A stretch of 61,629 nt of DNA, filler included, from Chiloscyllium plagiosum (taxonomy: Eukaryota): NCBI RefSeq assembly GCF_004010195.1. It is 5 parts of one record of this genome, joined end to end, with 100 filler letters (N's around TTAATTAATTAA, not from the genome) between each part and the next. Parts side by side here need not be neighbours in the genome. Positions count along the whole stretch, not along the records: positions 11,306 to 37,536 come from NC_057715.1; 4 more parts are not named here. One strand, written 5' to 3'. How positions within the stretch are numbered: position 1 is the first letter of the stretch; every line of letters begins with the position of its first letter. A program made the translations under genes and the position numbers. The notes under the pieces are model-generated. The model did no database searches. It saw only the letters and a program-made list of their open reading frames with translations, and had not been told where the DNA came from. This document shows positions 23,801 to 37,536 of this stretch, piece by piece.

Positions 23801-26638
23801 ATTTCTCTCTCCCCCTTTATCCTTGCTTTCAAGAGCCATTTTAAAAACCCACCTCGAACAAATGTGTGCCCTAGTATCTGCGATATAGCTGGCTGTCAAA
23901 TTTTGTTGTTTTGAATGTTAATGCAGCATCATTCTGAGTAATGTCTGAGTCCTAACTATCTTGCTTTGTCAGCAACTGTCCTGCCAACATAAGGACAGCA
24001 GTAAACATGTTTGCTGATGTGCGCAGTGTTAAACATCATTCATGGCTCCTTTTATATACAGTGGAAGTCTGTGTTGTCCTGATAATTGAGCATAACCATG
24101 AATTTCTTAGATGTATTAAACTTTTAAGAACAACATGGATTTCTTTTAAAAGGTTTGCAAGCCAACATGTTGCTGCTTGTGAAAATTCAGTGTAGCTGAT
24201 ATTCGGTTCTGAGAATAACTATGGAATGTTACACCTGACAGGTGTCAAGGGAACATCAGACAGTAACACTTTATAGGGAGAGATATTGGTAAAAGGAAAA
24301 CTCACCTGTGATTTTTGGTGGCTGCAGAGAAAATGAGGGGCTGATTAGCCCCAGCAGAAAACTATATCTCCTGTGGGTTGTGTCCCAGACTACAAGCATG
24401 ATATGAGTTGAAGCAAAGGCTGCTCTGAGTAAGGGTAAGTGTTTTACCCTTCTGGGAATACACAAAGGGGACAGAAATCAACTGCAATCCTTGGTTTCTG
24501 TGTGCCAAAATGCTAATATGCTAGCTTAGAATTCAAGTTGCACCTTGCTAAAGTGTCCAATGGAGGGTCACACTTGCAAATTTCCAATAGACATCCCCAC
24601 GTATGCAGGTAAGAAGAGATGATAAATTATCCTCCTTATTGCTGAAAACAACTCAAATGAGAAACTATTGAAGGAAAGTGTGCAAACGTAATGCAATTAA
24701 CAACAGAATCAAGAATTTCTAAATCTCTTCCAATGCCCGAGGTAGTGCTACTGAAATTACCCACCTGAACATTGATGTTTCATAATCTTATTCTTTGTCG
24801 ACAAACCTAAAACTGGTTTGTATATAGTTTTAGTTGTACTTTAGAACAAGGGGCAAATCTGTGTATCTGTATCCTGTTTTGTTATCTCTTCTTGTGGATA
24901 ACTAGCTAAGAAAAATCATTTTAAAGCTCAAGAAAGCTTGATTAAATTGGGTCCTTTTCCAACATACATATTTTGTCTTGGAAAAGGCGAGATATTTATT
25001 TTAATTTAAATATAAAGTTCCTATAGTTCTTGCAGACCATGGGACTGCTCTGTCATTAGAGAGTGACTGGTGGTGGTTTAACGTGCGGGTCACCATGCCT
25101 CAGTTGAGTGGAGAGGTTGAGAAGGAGTCCTTCATAGTAACCTCAGCCAGTGCTGACCACCCTCCACCCAATCCTGCCAATTGATTGGCTGACTAATAGA
25201 GAACAGAGGGTTAGGATCTGCAGGATAGTTTCAGGATAACAACCTGGGGCCACAATTACTGACATAGGCAAGTTAAGTGACAAGGGGAGAAAGAATGGCA
25301 GATAGAATTTAAGATGGAATGTTTTCTCTTTAATGCTTCTACGTTTTTGCCTTGTATATATCTGAAAGATCTTTAAGCTTTCATGTAGCTGGTGTCTGAT
25401 GATGAACAGAAGAATAATTGCTGAAACCAGCTTTTCCTAGGGCAGGAAAGTTTGCTGGCATTGGTAAAGTTATTGAAAAAACTAACTAATTTGGTTATTT
25501 AGCAACTGGTTAATTATGGTGTTCCACTCTGCTTTTCAACTTGGTTTGTTGCATATTAGAAAGATATTTTTCAAAACCTTCATTCAATTCTTTGGTCACT
25601 TAAATCCATATCACTGCTTAATGAAATAAGTCAATTGCAGTTGAAGATTATGCAAGGAGAACAAATATGACATTGTATATAACTGCTACTCCCGCTGTGT
25701 ACAACAGACTTTTCACTGCTTTGAAACATTGTTTCCATTGGTAATGGATTTTGGTTAAACTTCAGATAAATATTCTTTTGTCAGATGCATTTCACAGAGA
25801 ACAAAAATGTGAAAAGTCAAAAAATGCATTCCAGGACCAAGGCTATGTAACACCTAAACAGATCTGCTGCTCACTGATAGCATGTTTTGTACAGCTCAGA
25901 GTGTGTGTATATAGGCTTGGCTACTTCCCAGTGTTTTTTATTTCTTTACCAAAGAACAAGCGAACCATAAAATTATTAATGCTATGCTTAAAGAAAAACA
26001 TTTGTTTTGAGGTTTCTATATGCAGACTCCATGGGGCTGGTTACCTCAGTTGGCTTGTGGTTCAGAATAATGACAACATGTGTTCAATTCCCATTCTGTC
26101 TGAGATAGACATGGGAGTTGGCTTCTTACCCTGCCTGAGAGTGGTACGAAATTGTGATTTTTGAGAAGATTTGTAGCTCAGGTTGAGGTTCAGGTTATAA
26201 GTTTGCTCGCTGAATTGGTAGGTTTGTTCTCAGATGTTTTGTCACTAAGCTTGGTAACATCAGTGAACGTCCGGTGAAGTGCTGGTATTCTGTCCCACTT
26301 TCTATTTGTGTGTCTTGGTCCTTTAAGGCAAGTGATAATATTTCCGGTTTTTTTATTTTCCAGAGGTTGGTAAATGGGGTCCAAATCGCTGTGTTTACTG
26401 ATGGAGTTTCAGTCTGAATGCCAGACCTCCAGGAATTCCTGTGCATGTCTCTGTTTAGCCTAGGATGGATGTGTTGTCCCAGTCAAAGTGGTATCCTCCT
26501 TCAACTGTGTGTAAGGATTCTAGTGATAACTGGTCATGTCTTTTGATGGCTGGTCGGTGCTCATGTATTCTGGTGGCTAGTTTCCTGCCTGTCTGCAGGA
26601 TATTTTGTAAATGACATTCATTTTCCCGGTTGTTGGTA

Positions 26639-27558
26639 CAGAGGAACCTTGATTATCCAAACGAGGGTGGCACAGTGGCAGAGTGGTCAGCCCTGCTGCC
26701 TTACAGCACCAGTGTCCCAGGTTTAATTCCAGCCTTGGGCGACTGTGTGTGGAGTTTGCACATTTTCCCTTGTCTGCGTGGGTTTCCTCCAGGTGCTCCA
26801 GTTTCCTCCCACACTCCAAAGATGTGCAGGTCAGGTGAATTAGCCATGCTAAATTGCCCCATAATGTTAGGTAAGTTAATCAGAGGGAAATGGGTCTGGG
26901 TGGGTTACTCTTTGGAGGGTCAGTGTGAACTGGTTGTGCCGAAGGGCCTGTTTCCACACTGGGAATCTAATCTATTTTTTTCAGATAATTGATTATTCGG
27001 TTAATTGATTTGATTTTCCTCCTGGGGTTCAGAGTTTTCTGTGACGTCTGCTCCCTGTTTAGAAGACAGGCAGCAGCACACCATGTGCAGGCCCCTGTCT
27101 GACCCCACCCCACACCCGCGCGCAACCGGGGCAGCCAGACTGGACACCAACAGTAAGGCTGCTGCTGCCTTTGTGGGGTAAGTCTCCAAATAGCGTATAC
27201 ACACACACATGCACACACAACATTTTACTGCAAGTTTTTGACAGGTTACACCTCTGCCCTGTACAGGACAATGTTGGAGAGCTTATCTGAGGAAGGAGGG
27301 TTTAGGGTTCACCCCTGTGTAAAACTAGGGAAAGTGTGGGGGGAGAGAGAGGGCAGGAGGTCAGTCATTTAGAGTCGGTACTTGGACTGTTCAGGACTGT
27401 TCTCTGCAACATTTCAGTGAACTGAGTTCGTTTTTAATCATTGTCCCTGTAAACAAAATACGTGATCAGGGTTGAAACAGCTCTTTGACGTAATGTTTCT
27501 ATCGGGACTTTGAGATCCCCTTCGGATAATTGATATTCAGATAATCAAGGTTCCTCTG
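26639..27558. mobile_element. Non-autonomous Tc1/mariner (Tigger/pogo-like) DNA transposon
   Basis: 19-bp perfect TIRs CAGAGGAACCTTGATTATC (26639-26657) / GATAATCAAGGTTCCTCTG (27540-27558), flanked by TA. The host Penelope sequence rejoins across it. Confidence 0.85.
26665..26974 (+). mobile_element. HE1/V-SINE-like SINE nested in the DNA transposon
   Basis: Head GGGTGGCACAGTGGCAGAGTGGTCAGC and tail AATCTAATCTA. Confidence 0.8.
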
Positions 27559-28454
27559 TAGAGGGTCCTTTAGTAGCTGTTTCAATGTGTTGGTAGGTTC
27601 GTGGGCTATCACGATGCCAATGGGTAGTAGTCTGGTAGTCATCTCTGAGATATCTTTCTTTGTATGGTAGTGCAGCTCCAGTCTCTGGGTGTGTTATGTC
27701 GTCTTGTTTAGGTTTGTTGTTTAAGAATCGGCGGACTATGTTTATTGAGTACCTCTTGTTCTTGAATGCGCTGTAGAGGTATTTTTCTTCTGCTGTTCAT
27801 AGTTCCTGGATGCTGCAGTGTGTTGTGGCCTGTTTAAATAATGCCCTGATGCAGCTCCGTTTGTGGGTGTTGGGATGATTGCTTCTGTAGTTGAATATCT
27901 GGTCTGTGTGTGTCGCTTTCCTGTAGACACTGGTTTGCAATTCTCCATTGACTGTTTTGTTTGTTCCACTGTGACATCTAGGAAAGGAGTCTGTTGTTGT
28001 TCTCTTATTCTTTGATGAAATTTATGCCAGTAAGGATGTTGTTAATGATATTGTAGGTTTCCTCTAATTTGTTCCATTTTGTAATGACAAAGATGTCATC
28101 CACATAGAGGACCCAAAGTTTGAATTGGATCACGGGGCGGGCCCCTCATTCTAGTCTCTGCATCACTGCTACTGTTAAGTATCCTTATATTGGTGATCCC
28201 ATAGGTGTCCCATTTGACTTGTTTGTAGGTCTTGTTGTTGAAGGTGAAGTGGCTAGTAAGGCACAGGTCTACTAGCTTGAGGATGCTGTCCTTGCTGCAG
28301 TCTGGCATTTGTATATTTGGTTCGTCAAGTAGTGAGGTCACTGTTTCTTTGGTCAGGCTGATGTTAATTGATGTGAATGGGGCAGTTATGTCAAAGAAGA
28401 CCATGTCTTTGTCGTCTTCTATCTTGGTGTCTTTGATGGTCAGGAATTCTTGGG

Positions 28455-28690
28455 TGGGGTGGCATGGAGAGGACCTATCACCTTCATCCCCACCTGCATC
28501 TGCCCATCACATTCCCAGCTATCTTTCTCTCCCCTCCTATTTATCTCTCCGCCCCCTTGAGCTACCCCTCATTACTGATGAAGAGCTTAAGCTCGAAGCG
28601 TCAACTCTCCTGCTTCTCAGATGCTGCCTGAGCGGCTGTGCTTTTCCAGCACCACACTCTTTGACTCTGATCTCCAGCATCTGCAGTTCT
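28455..28690 (+). mobile_element. Penelope terminal-repeat fragment with a hammerhead motif
   Basis: CTGATGA-A-GAGC-TTAA-GCTC-GAAGC-GTC at 28575-28602. Confidence 0.7.
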
Positions 28691-30430
28691 TTCCCTGTTA
28701 CCTTAAAGGACTGGTGGACATGCATACCAAGGTCCCTGTGATCCTCGTTGCTTCCCAGGGTCCTCCTATTCATCATGTATTCCCTGTCTTGTTTATCCTG
28801 TCCAAGTCCATCACTTACACTTATCTGGATTGAAGTCCTTTTGCCACTGATTAGTTCACTTGACCAGCCAGTCTGTATCGTCCTGTAATCTAATGCTAAG
28901 TTTCTCACAATTTACCACCTCACCAATTTTCATATAATCCAGAAACTTACTGATCAACTTTCTTACATTCAAATCTAAATAATTTAAATATATCATAAAC
29001 AGCAAGGACCCCAACGCTGATGCCTATGGAACCTCACTGGATATAGGCTTCCAGTCACAAAACATCCCTCAACCATAACCCCTGCTTCCTACCACTCATC
29101 CAGTTGTGGATCCAATTTGCTAAATTTCCTTGGATCTCATGGTCTCTTACCTTTTGATACCAGTTTCCTATGCAGGACCTTATCAAAGCCTTGCTGAAAT
29201 CTAAGTAATCTATATGAAAAACATTATGCTCATCTACACCTCTTCGAATAATTCAGTCAAGTTCATCAGACATGACCTCCCCTTACCAAAGCCATGCTGA
29301 CTGTTCTTGATTAATTCCTACCTCTCCAAGTACAGATTAACTCTGTCCCTCTGAATTGCTTCTATTAGGTTCCCCATCACTCAGGTTCGACTGACTGGCC
29401 GATAGTTTCCAGGTTTATCTCTTGTTCCATTCTTGAATAACATAGCACGTTGGCTTTCCAGCATCCTCTGGCACCTCTCCTGTAGCCAGAGATAATATCC
29501 CTGCTATTTCCTCCTTTGCCTCACTAAATAACCTGGTATACATTTCATCCGGCCCTGGAGACTTGTCTACTTCTAAGCCTGCCAGACAACTCAGAAACTC
29601 CTCTCTATCTATGCTAACTTTTTTTAAAGAATATCACAGTTCTTCTCCCTGATTTCTACACTCTCAATGTCCCCTTCACTAGTGAATACTGGAACAAAGT
29701 ATTAATTTAGAGCCCTACCTGGGTTCTTTGGCTCCCAGCACAAATTGTCACTGTGGTCCTTATAGTAGGCTCTACTCTGCCATAATTACTGTTTTACCCT
29801 TAATGCTCTTAAGATTTTCATTTACTTAATTTGCCATTATTCTTTTAAGTTCCATTTTCTCATTCCTAATTTCCTCTTTAGATTTCTCCTTGCATATTCT
29901 GGACTCTTAGGTTTCTACTGTTTTGAGCCCCAAGTATCTGCCATAAGCCTCCCTTTTTCTCTTTATCCAACCCTGTATATCACTTGATAGTCAATGTTCA
30001 TAGGATTTGGTAGTCCGACCCTTTGGCTTTATTGGAACATGTTGCCACTGTACTCACCGTATTTCCTTCTTGAATGCACCCCACTGTTCTGACATAAATT
30101 TACCTAAAAGTATCTGTTCTTAGTCCACTCTGGACAAATAATACTTGGATCTTAATAAAATTGGCCTTCCTCAGTTTGGTATTGGACCCATCCTTGGCCT
30201 TTTCCATAACAATCTTGAATCGAACAAAGTTATGATCACTGTCTGCAAAATATTTCCCTGTTGATACTTCAACCATTTGCTTGGTTTCATTACCCAAAAT
30301 TAAGTTCAGGACCACCCCTTCTTTTTGTAGGGCTTTCTGTGTACTGGCTTACAAAGCTCTTCTAGATACATTATAAGATTTATGCACCCTCTTCCCCCAG
30401 TTAATGTTGGAGAAGTTAAAATTCCATAGT
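28690..30430 (-). mobile_element. CR1-clade LINE ORF2 fragment (APE to RT), degenerate
   Basis: ORF 30100-30315 (LNLILGNE...SDHNFVRFKIVMEK) and decayed RT motifs on the minus strand. Confidence 0.7.
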
Positions 30431-31459
30431 ATTACCCTGTTACTTTTACTTGTTGGGGAACAACATAAGTTCTCAAAAGAGTGATCTTAAAGATCGCATA
30501 GTCCCTCGAACAATATCTATTATATCAGTTCAGCCTGTAACTTATTACTAACATGCAATAAATGAATTTTTGTTCAATTGAAGAGCCTCTACAAGCTAAA
30601 CCAATAAGTACTTTTCCTTTACCAAGCCTTGACTAATCCTGATCTTAATGGGGATGGTGGCAGCAAACACAGTGAGGTGCAGGCCCAGTTTGACTGTATA
30701 TACGTCAATGAACAAAGAAGTTCATTCATTACTCCTGCCTTGGCCCGGGACTCAGTTTCCCTGCTGTTCCTCAACAAACTGTGTTTGACTGCTAATCAGA
30801 ACATGCATGACAGAAACTAACTATGACTCGGTGCTTGATATTGGTCCAAACAAAACTCACCAATTAATGTGATGTGAATGATCATTACTAAAGTCCAGTA
30901 ATTAATTATTGTACTGCCATCTTGTTTAAATTACATGTTTTGTACATTTGTCATGTTTCTGCCTCAGTTAAAAATCAATATTGACCACAGCTAGTAGCAT
31001 TTTTCGCACCCCCCCACAGTTGTGTTTTCCATTCTATGATTGCTTTCCCGAGAGTCTCACTAAAACTACCTGAGAAATGGTTTTGTCAGCAGGGCTGTGA
31101 AATGTGCAAGTACTTGCCTCAGTGGGAGTATTATTGGGCAGGATTTGTTTCCTTATGAAATGAATATAGTTTGAAATGAGTGAGAGCAGTTTGATTCTTG
31201 TAAGAGATTGGGGTTAGTCGAGATTTCAGGTTAACAACGTCTTCCTTTTCGTAATTATACACATGGAGCACAGGTATTTTCATAACTGGAATAATGTTAT
31301 CTCTACACCCACCTTAGCTCATCAGCAGCCAAGACCTGCATCCCAAATTTGACTATCCTAACCAATTTCATATTCATAAAAAAAATCTTTGAATACATAC
31401 ATAGTCACAAACGCAGTTCGATTCTGTACAATAGCATATGAGGAAACAAACCTGAGGAC

Positions 31460-31822
31460 TGACCTTACAGAAGTCATGATAGGCATGGTGGGCTTGGTAG
31501 GGTGAATAGCAAATGTCTTTTTCCTAGAGTGGAGGAGTCCAAAACTAGAGGGCATAAATTTAAGGTGACAGGGGTAAGTTTTAAACAGCATCTAAGAGTT
31601 ATATTTTTCAGAGGGTGGGTTACATGTGTGGAACAAGCTGCCAGAGGAAGTGGTGGAGGTGAGTACAATTACCTTTAAAAGATATCTGGTTGGGTATTTG
31701 AAGCAGAAGGGTTTAGAGGGATATGGGCTAAATGCTGGCAAATGGGACGAGGTCACATTGGATGTCTGGTCGGTGTGGACAATTTGGACTTAATAGTCTG
31801 TTTCTGTGCTGTATGAGTCTAT
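31460..31822 (+). mobile_element. CR1 LINE 3' fragment
   Basis: Same 3' end as 2640-2995 (AAAACTAGAGGGCATAAATTTAAGGTGA...). Confidence 0.75.
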
Positions 31823-32389
31823 AAAGCCAACATTGGAGTTTGACTCTATCCAACAAACAAAGGCATCACTTGCTTGTATAAAACTATATTTACGTATACT
31901 TGAGGCACTAGAAGTGTCTGATAACTGAACGGACCCCTATTTAACCAACAGAAAGACCTCAGACAGTGGTCTTTCCCCACTGTGCCTTGGCAGAAGCTGC
32001 CCCAAGCTTTAGTGCATCCCTTTCTCTTCCCATCTTGTACCCTTGGTAAATTTGACTTCATCTAAAATTCTGTTCTTTGACATCAAGAGCTGCTCACCCG
32101 TCACCTTTTTCCTCACTTTTGTTTCTGGGTCCCATGTGCCTTGAAATCCTCACTCTTGTTTTCAAATCCCTCCCTGACTTTGACCCTCCATATCTCTATA
32201 TCCTTCTTTAGACCAACAATCTCTGCTCTTCAGCCCTCTTGCAGATCAGTGATTTTTATTGCTGCACTTTTGGTGGTTTGGGCCTTCAACTATCCAGAAC
32301 ACAAGCTCTGGAATGGCTTCCCCAGACCTCTGCATCTCATTTCCTCTGTGTAAGACAGTACATAAAACCCATCTCTTTGACAAAGTTTA

Positions 32390-33470
32390 ACAAAGAACTG
32401 CGCATGCTGAAGATCTGAAAGGAAAACAGAAGGTGCTGAAGAAACTAAGCAGATCTAGCAGCATCTGTGGAGAGAGAAAAACACAGGTAATGGTTTTAGT
32501 GCAGTGACCCTTTTTCAGATCTGATAGTAGCGAGGAAAAGGTGTTTTTTTTCTGATGATAGGGGATGGGAGAGATGAGGAATGAACTGATGGGTGATAAA
32601 GGAGCCCAGAGAGAAAGAGAGAGAGAGAGAAAAGGGTAGTATGGCAGAAAAAGGAATGGCTGATAGAATACCAAGGAAGGGCTGAAAATGGTAATGGGGA
32701 CAAAGAGTATGTGAAAATAGGTTGGGTGTCTTCAAAGCAGAAAATGTGTTGCTGGAAAAGCGCAGCAGGTCAGGCAGCATCCAAGGAACAGGAGAATCGA
32801 CGTTTCGGGCATAAGCCCTTCTTCAGGAATGTCTTCAAAGCAACCCATTTCATGACAGCCTGGGGTGTGGGCTGGGTGAAGGACTTGGAACTGGTGTTCA
32901 GGCTCTGAAATAATGGAATCTGTGGGGCCCCAGCCATCAGATAAGATGCTGTTTTTTCCAGCTTGGCACTGAGCTTTATTGGAACACTACAGCAAGCCTG
33001 AGGTAGAGATGTTGGCTGGGGAACACGAGGGTATGCTGAAATGGCAGAGAACAGGAAGCTCAAGGTCACTTTTGCGGACAGAGTGTAGGTGTTCCATAAG
33101 GCAGTCGCCCAGCCTGCATTTTGTCTCCCAATGCAGAGGAGAGCACATTGTAAACAGACTAGATTGAGTGAATTGCAGGTCAAGCGCTACTTCACCTGGA
33201 AGGTGGCTGGGGCCTTGGATAGTTGAGAAGGGGATAAACGGGAAGGTGTTGCACCTTCTGCAGTTACAGGGGAAGGTGCTATGGGGGTATGGGGGATTTT
33301 AGGAGTGAAGGAGGAGTGGACCAGGGATCCTGAGGGAATGTTCCCTGTAGAAAGCTGACAAGGGAAGGAAAGGAAATATGCATCTGGTGATCTGCTGGAG
33401 ATGGTGGAAATGGTGGCTAATGATCCTTTGGATGTGGATGCTGGTGGGGTGAGATGAGTAGACCTTTGAC
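32390..33470 (-). mobile_element. Older Penelope-like 3' fragment with a young nested 90-bp insertion (32740-32829)
   Basis: Decayed GIY-YIG-like sequence on the minus strand. The insert is bounded by the 13-bp TSD TGTCTTCAAAGCA (32727-32739 / 32830-32842). Confidence 0.7.
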
Positions 33471-34569
33471 AAAGCACTCGGTCACCTATTCTGATAGGTG
33501 GCCCAGTGTCCAATTTTACTTGATAGTGTTCATGTACCTTGGGATGCTTTAATAGGTATTTTATATCCTTGTGGCTAGTCTACCATGTAGTGAGTCCAAA
33601 ATGTGGAATATTACAGAATCTGGAGGAGCATTAGTGTCCTGCAGCAGCTGATCGACATGGTTGAGCAACAATAGATGTGATGAGCTCCCAGGGGAACAGT
33701 CTGGCAGGTGCTGTTTCTTTATTAAACTGCTGCAAGATGGTCGCCTTCAGCAAAGGTCTCATGGTAGATGACTAAGAGGCACATTAGCATAGTTTTACAT
33801 TTCTGCCCCAAACTTTAGTAATTCTTCTCCAAACTCCTTGGGATAAAGGCCCAGAAATTCTAATAAGGTAGGGGGGAAGCAGATAAGAAACCTTATTTCA
33901 GAGCCTTATTAGACTAAAACTTAACAATTTAACTTCCAGTTACATTATGTGTTAGAACATAGAACAACACATCCTGTTACAAGCCTACAACAGGATGTTG
34001 GCATCCTGTTACAAGCCTATCCAGGGATTCTCAAACCTAGCAAAAAATTATCGAAACCATTGCTTCACCCTTGCTTCTTTTGCAGATCACTTTAAGTCTA
34101 TACCCACTTATTTCTGCTCTTTGTCCAAGTAGATACATATGTACTGCAAGAGTAGATTTGGTACTGCTACCCTTAATACTATTTCCATTAGTTAACTCTG
34201 CTTCGTCTTCTTCCCCTTCTTAGCCTCCAAAACTTGTATTTCCCATTTGCAAATCTCTACATGATTTCTCCTATTTTCATTTCCCATTTCCATTAGATTG
34301 GTTCATATTAATGGGCAAAGTACTGCAATTAAACTAACACAGAGAACCCTGTAGAAACTCACTAGGTCTGGCAGCATCTCTGTGGAGAGAGAAGCAGAGT
34401 TAATGTCCATGTCTAGTATAACTCTTGCTCAGAAAGTACTGCAGTAGGTTGTCATTGCCTTCACTGACTATGAGACTATCTGATCCTGCTATGAGGTGGA
34501 TTGGCAGGATTTACAAGAAGACAACTCCTCAAGGGCAAATATGTCAGGAAAAAGAGGATGGCCAGAGTG

Positions 34570-36290
34570 GGGGTAGGGCCGACTGGGGAGGGAACTTGCT
34601 CCTGGAGTCAGGGGAAGTAGGGGAGATCCTTAATGAATACTTTGTTTCAGTATTGACTATTGAGAGGGACTTTGATGTTTGTGAGGACAGTGTGAAACAG
34701 ACTGATATACTAGAACAGGTTGATGTTGGGAAGGAGGATGTGCTGAAAATTCTGAAAATGTAAGGATGGATAAATCCTTACATTTTCAAATGGGATAGGA
34801 TATACCGTACTACAGGAAACGAGGGAAGAGATTGCTGCACCTTTGGCGATGATCTCTGCATCCTCACCGACCACTGAAGTAGTGCCAGATGATTGGAGGG
34901 TGGCAAATATTATTCCCTTGTTCAAGAAAGGGATTAAGGAAAAACCTAGGAATTACAGAGCAGTCAGTCTTATATCAGTGGTGGGCAAAGTATTGGAGAG
35001 GATTCATGATTTATGATTACTTGGAAAACTAAAGTTTGGTTAGAGATAGTCAGCAAGGCTTTGTCAGGGGCAGGTCATGTCTCACAAACCTTATTGAATT
35101 CTTTGAGGATGTGACAAAACACATTGATGAAGCTAGAGCAGTGAGTGTGGTGTACATGATGTTAGCAAGGCATTTGATAAGGTTCCCCATGGTAGGCTTA
35201 TTTAGAAAGTAAGGAAGCATGGGATACAGGGAAATTGCTGTCTGGATACAGAATTGGCTGGCTCATAGACAGAGGGTGGTGGTAGATAGAATGTATTCAG
35301 CCTCTAGCTTGGTGACCAGTGGTGTTCCACAGGGATTAGTTCTGGGACCTCTGCTGTTTGTGATCTTTATCAATGACTTGGATGAGAAAGTGGAAGGGTT
35401 AGTTAGTAGGTTTGCCAGTGACACAATGGTTGGTAGAGTTGTAGATAGTGTGGAGGGATGTTATAGGTTGCAACAAGACATTGACAGGATGCAGAATTGG
35501 GCTCATAAGTGGCAGATGGAGTTCAACATGGAAAAGTGTGAAGTGATTCAGTTTGCAATGTCAAATTTAAATGCAGAATACAGGGTTAAAAGGCAGGATT
35601 CTTGGCAGTGTGGAGAAACCAAGGGATTTTGGGAGTCCCTGCTCATAGATCCCTCAAAGTTACCACCTAAATTGATAGGGTTGATAAGAAAGCATATGGT
35701 GTGTTGGCTTTCATTAGCAGGGGATTGAGTTTAAGAGGTTATGCTGCAGCTCTGTTTCGCTTTGGTTAGACAAAGCTTGGAATATTTCTTTCATTATAGG
35801 AAGGATGTGGAAATTTTAAAGAAGGTGCAGAGATTTACCAGGATTCCTCCTGGACTGAAGGGCATGTCTTATGAAGAAAGGTTGAGGAAGCTAGAGCTTT
35901 TCTCACTGGAACGAAGAAGGATAAGAGATGGCTTGATAGATGTGTACAAGATGTTGAGAGGTGTAGATAGAGTGGATAGCCAGAGACTTTTTCCCAGGGA
36001 GGAAATGGCTATCACAAGGGGACATAATTTTAAGCTGATTGGAGGAAGGTTTAGGGAGATGTCAGGGGTAGGTTATTTACACAGAGTAGTGGGTCTGTGG
36101 AATGCATTGCCAGCAGTGGTAGTAGAGTCAGATACATTTGGGATATTTAAGCGACTCTTGGATAGGCACATGGAAGATACCCCTCATTGTACTATGTAGG
36201 TTAGTATGATCTTACATTAGGATATAGGGCCAGCACAACATCGAGGACCAAAGGCCTATATTGTGCTGTACTGTTCTATGTTTTATGTTA
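34570..36290 (+). mobile_element. CR1-clade LINE, 5'-truncated ORF2 (RT) plus 3'UTR
   Basis: ORFs 35219-35728 (WIQNWLAHRQRVVV..VTSGVPQGLVLGPLLFVIFINDLD..FASDT) and 35741-36199. Frameshifted. Tail TTCTATGTTTTATG. Confidence 0.9.
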
Positions 36291-36483
36291 AGTAAGGATG
36301 TGGAAAAAATACTGGCCCAACCAATGATGCCTGTATCCCATTAATGATTTAATAAAATTTTAGCCTGTTTGACCACATTATGAAGGCATTTAAGATTTAA
36401 ACCTGGAGATTCTAGCCCAGAGGGATGAATACTATCACTGTGTCACAAATTTATCTTTAAAAGTTGGTTCTGCGTATTTAAAA

Positions 36484-36614
36484 GGAGAAAGTGAGGACTG
36501 CAGATGCTGGAGCTCAGAGCTTAAAAATGTGTTGCTGGAAAAGCACAGCCAGTCAGGCAGCATCCAAGGAGCAGGAAAATCGACGTTTCGGGTGTAAGCC
36601 CTTCTTCAGGAATC
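36484..36614 (-). mobile_element. Short Penelope terminal-repeat copy with a hammerhead motif
   Basis: Matches the 12195-12317 family. The minus strand reads CCTGAAGAAGGGCTTACACCCGAAACGTCG. Confidence 0.7.
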
Positions 36615-36906
36615 AGGAGTAAGCCCTTGAAAAGACACAAGATGTGAAACAATTTAACATTTAAATATCATCTTTTTAAGCTTTCAGGGCCAGTTGCCAG
36701 AGCATGTACAGCCATTGGGGTCATCATACCAGAAGGGGGCTTACAAAGCAGGGGGTATATATTGTACCCAAGCTTCTAACCAACTAATTGATGGCAAAAT
36801 ATCTAAAAAAAAGTGTGAAAACAGATCTGATTGGATGTAAATGTCATTTACACTCTAAAGGCTACAAACTTGTAGGTCTCATCTATTAGATTAATGTTTG
36901 CATCTC

Positions 36907-37536
36907 GGGGGATCCAAGATGGCGGCGACCCAGTAAGACTGAGTCTATAGTGCTCCTCCCAAGACTTGGGCACAGTGGGTCACCTACCCCCTACCAAGCT
37001 CACCAAATCATTTATAATAGTTTTGTAATTTAATTAGTTGTGTAATATTACATTTAAACAATTTAATCCTAAGTTAAAATGACTAAAGGGAAAGGAGCCC
37101 GAGGCTCTCAGCAAGCAGGAACCCCTCCCCCACACTCTCCAGCTGCAGCAGAGGCGCCCACAGCCGCCCCGGGGGACTTACCAACAGTAACAAGCCTTGC
37201 AGAAATGCTTTCCAAGCTTGACTCGAAGATTGATGCCTTTATCGTCGAATCCAGGAACCGTTGGGAGTCGTTGTCGGCCGCGCTGAAGAAGCACGACCGT
37301 GAAATTGAAGAAATTCAACGCCGAGTCGGAGGGGCGGAGCTAAAGGCCGCGACCTCGGAGACAACCGCTCAATCGGCCGTGGATCAGGTCCGGACTCTCG
37401 AGCAGCGAGTCCGGACCTTGGAAAATCATATTGACCTCGATAATCGAGGTCACCGAAAAAATATTCGTTTGCTGGGCCTTCCCGAACAGGAAGAGGAAGG
37501 CCAGCTTACAGCATTCCTGGAGCAGTAGCTGCCACA
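36907..37536 (+). mobile_element. 5' end of an L1-clade LINE (5'UTR plus ORF1)
   Basis: Starts GGGGGATCCAAGATGGCGGC (YY1-type site). ORF 37079-37528 has a coiled coil followed by LDNRGHRKNIRLLGLPE (L1 ORF1p ENRSRR.N.RI.G.PE motif). Cut by the gap. Confidence 0.85.

Larger units (their letters stand above)
26160..28450 (-). mobile_element. Penelope-like element (Poseidon-type RT plus GIY-YIG), degenerate and interrupted
   Basis: Minus-strand motifs MVFFDITAPFTSI, GTPMGSPI, LYVDDIF (about 28092-28110) and AHEPTNTLKQLL...NVIYKISC. Decayed hammerhead-like CACTGATG-TTACC...GTGAC-AAAACATC at about 26230-26265. Confidence 0.8.

Noticed and set aside
25751..26164. 137-aa ORF and other 60-140 aa ORFs in unique or antisense-TE sequence
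   Set aside because: No recognisable motifs or splice structure. Many are antisense to LINE fragments.
33520..33800. Coding-like stretch examined as the missing second nucleoside hydrolase exon
   Set aside because: No HGxDGLG-type motif found on either strand, and the frames examined contain stops.
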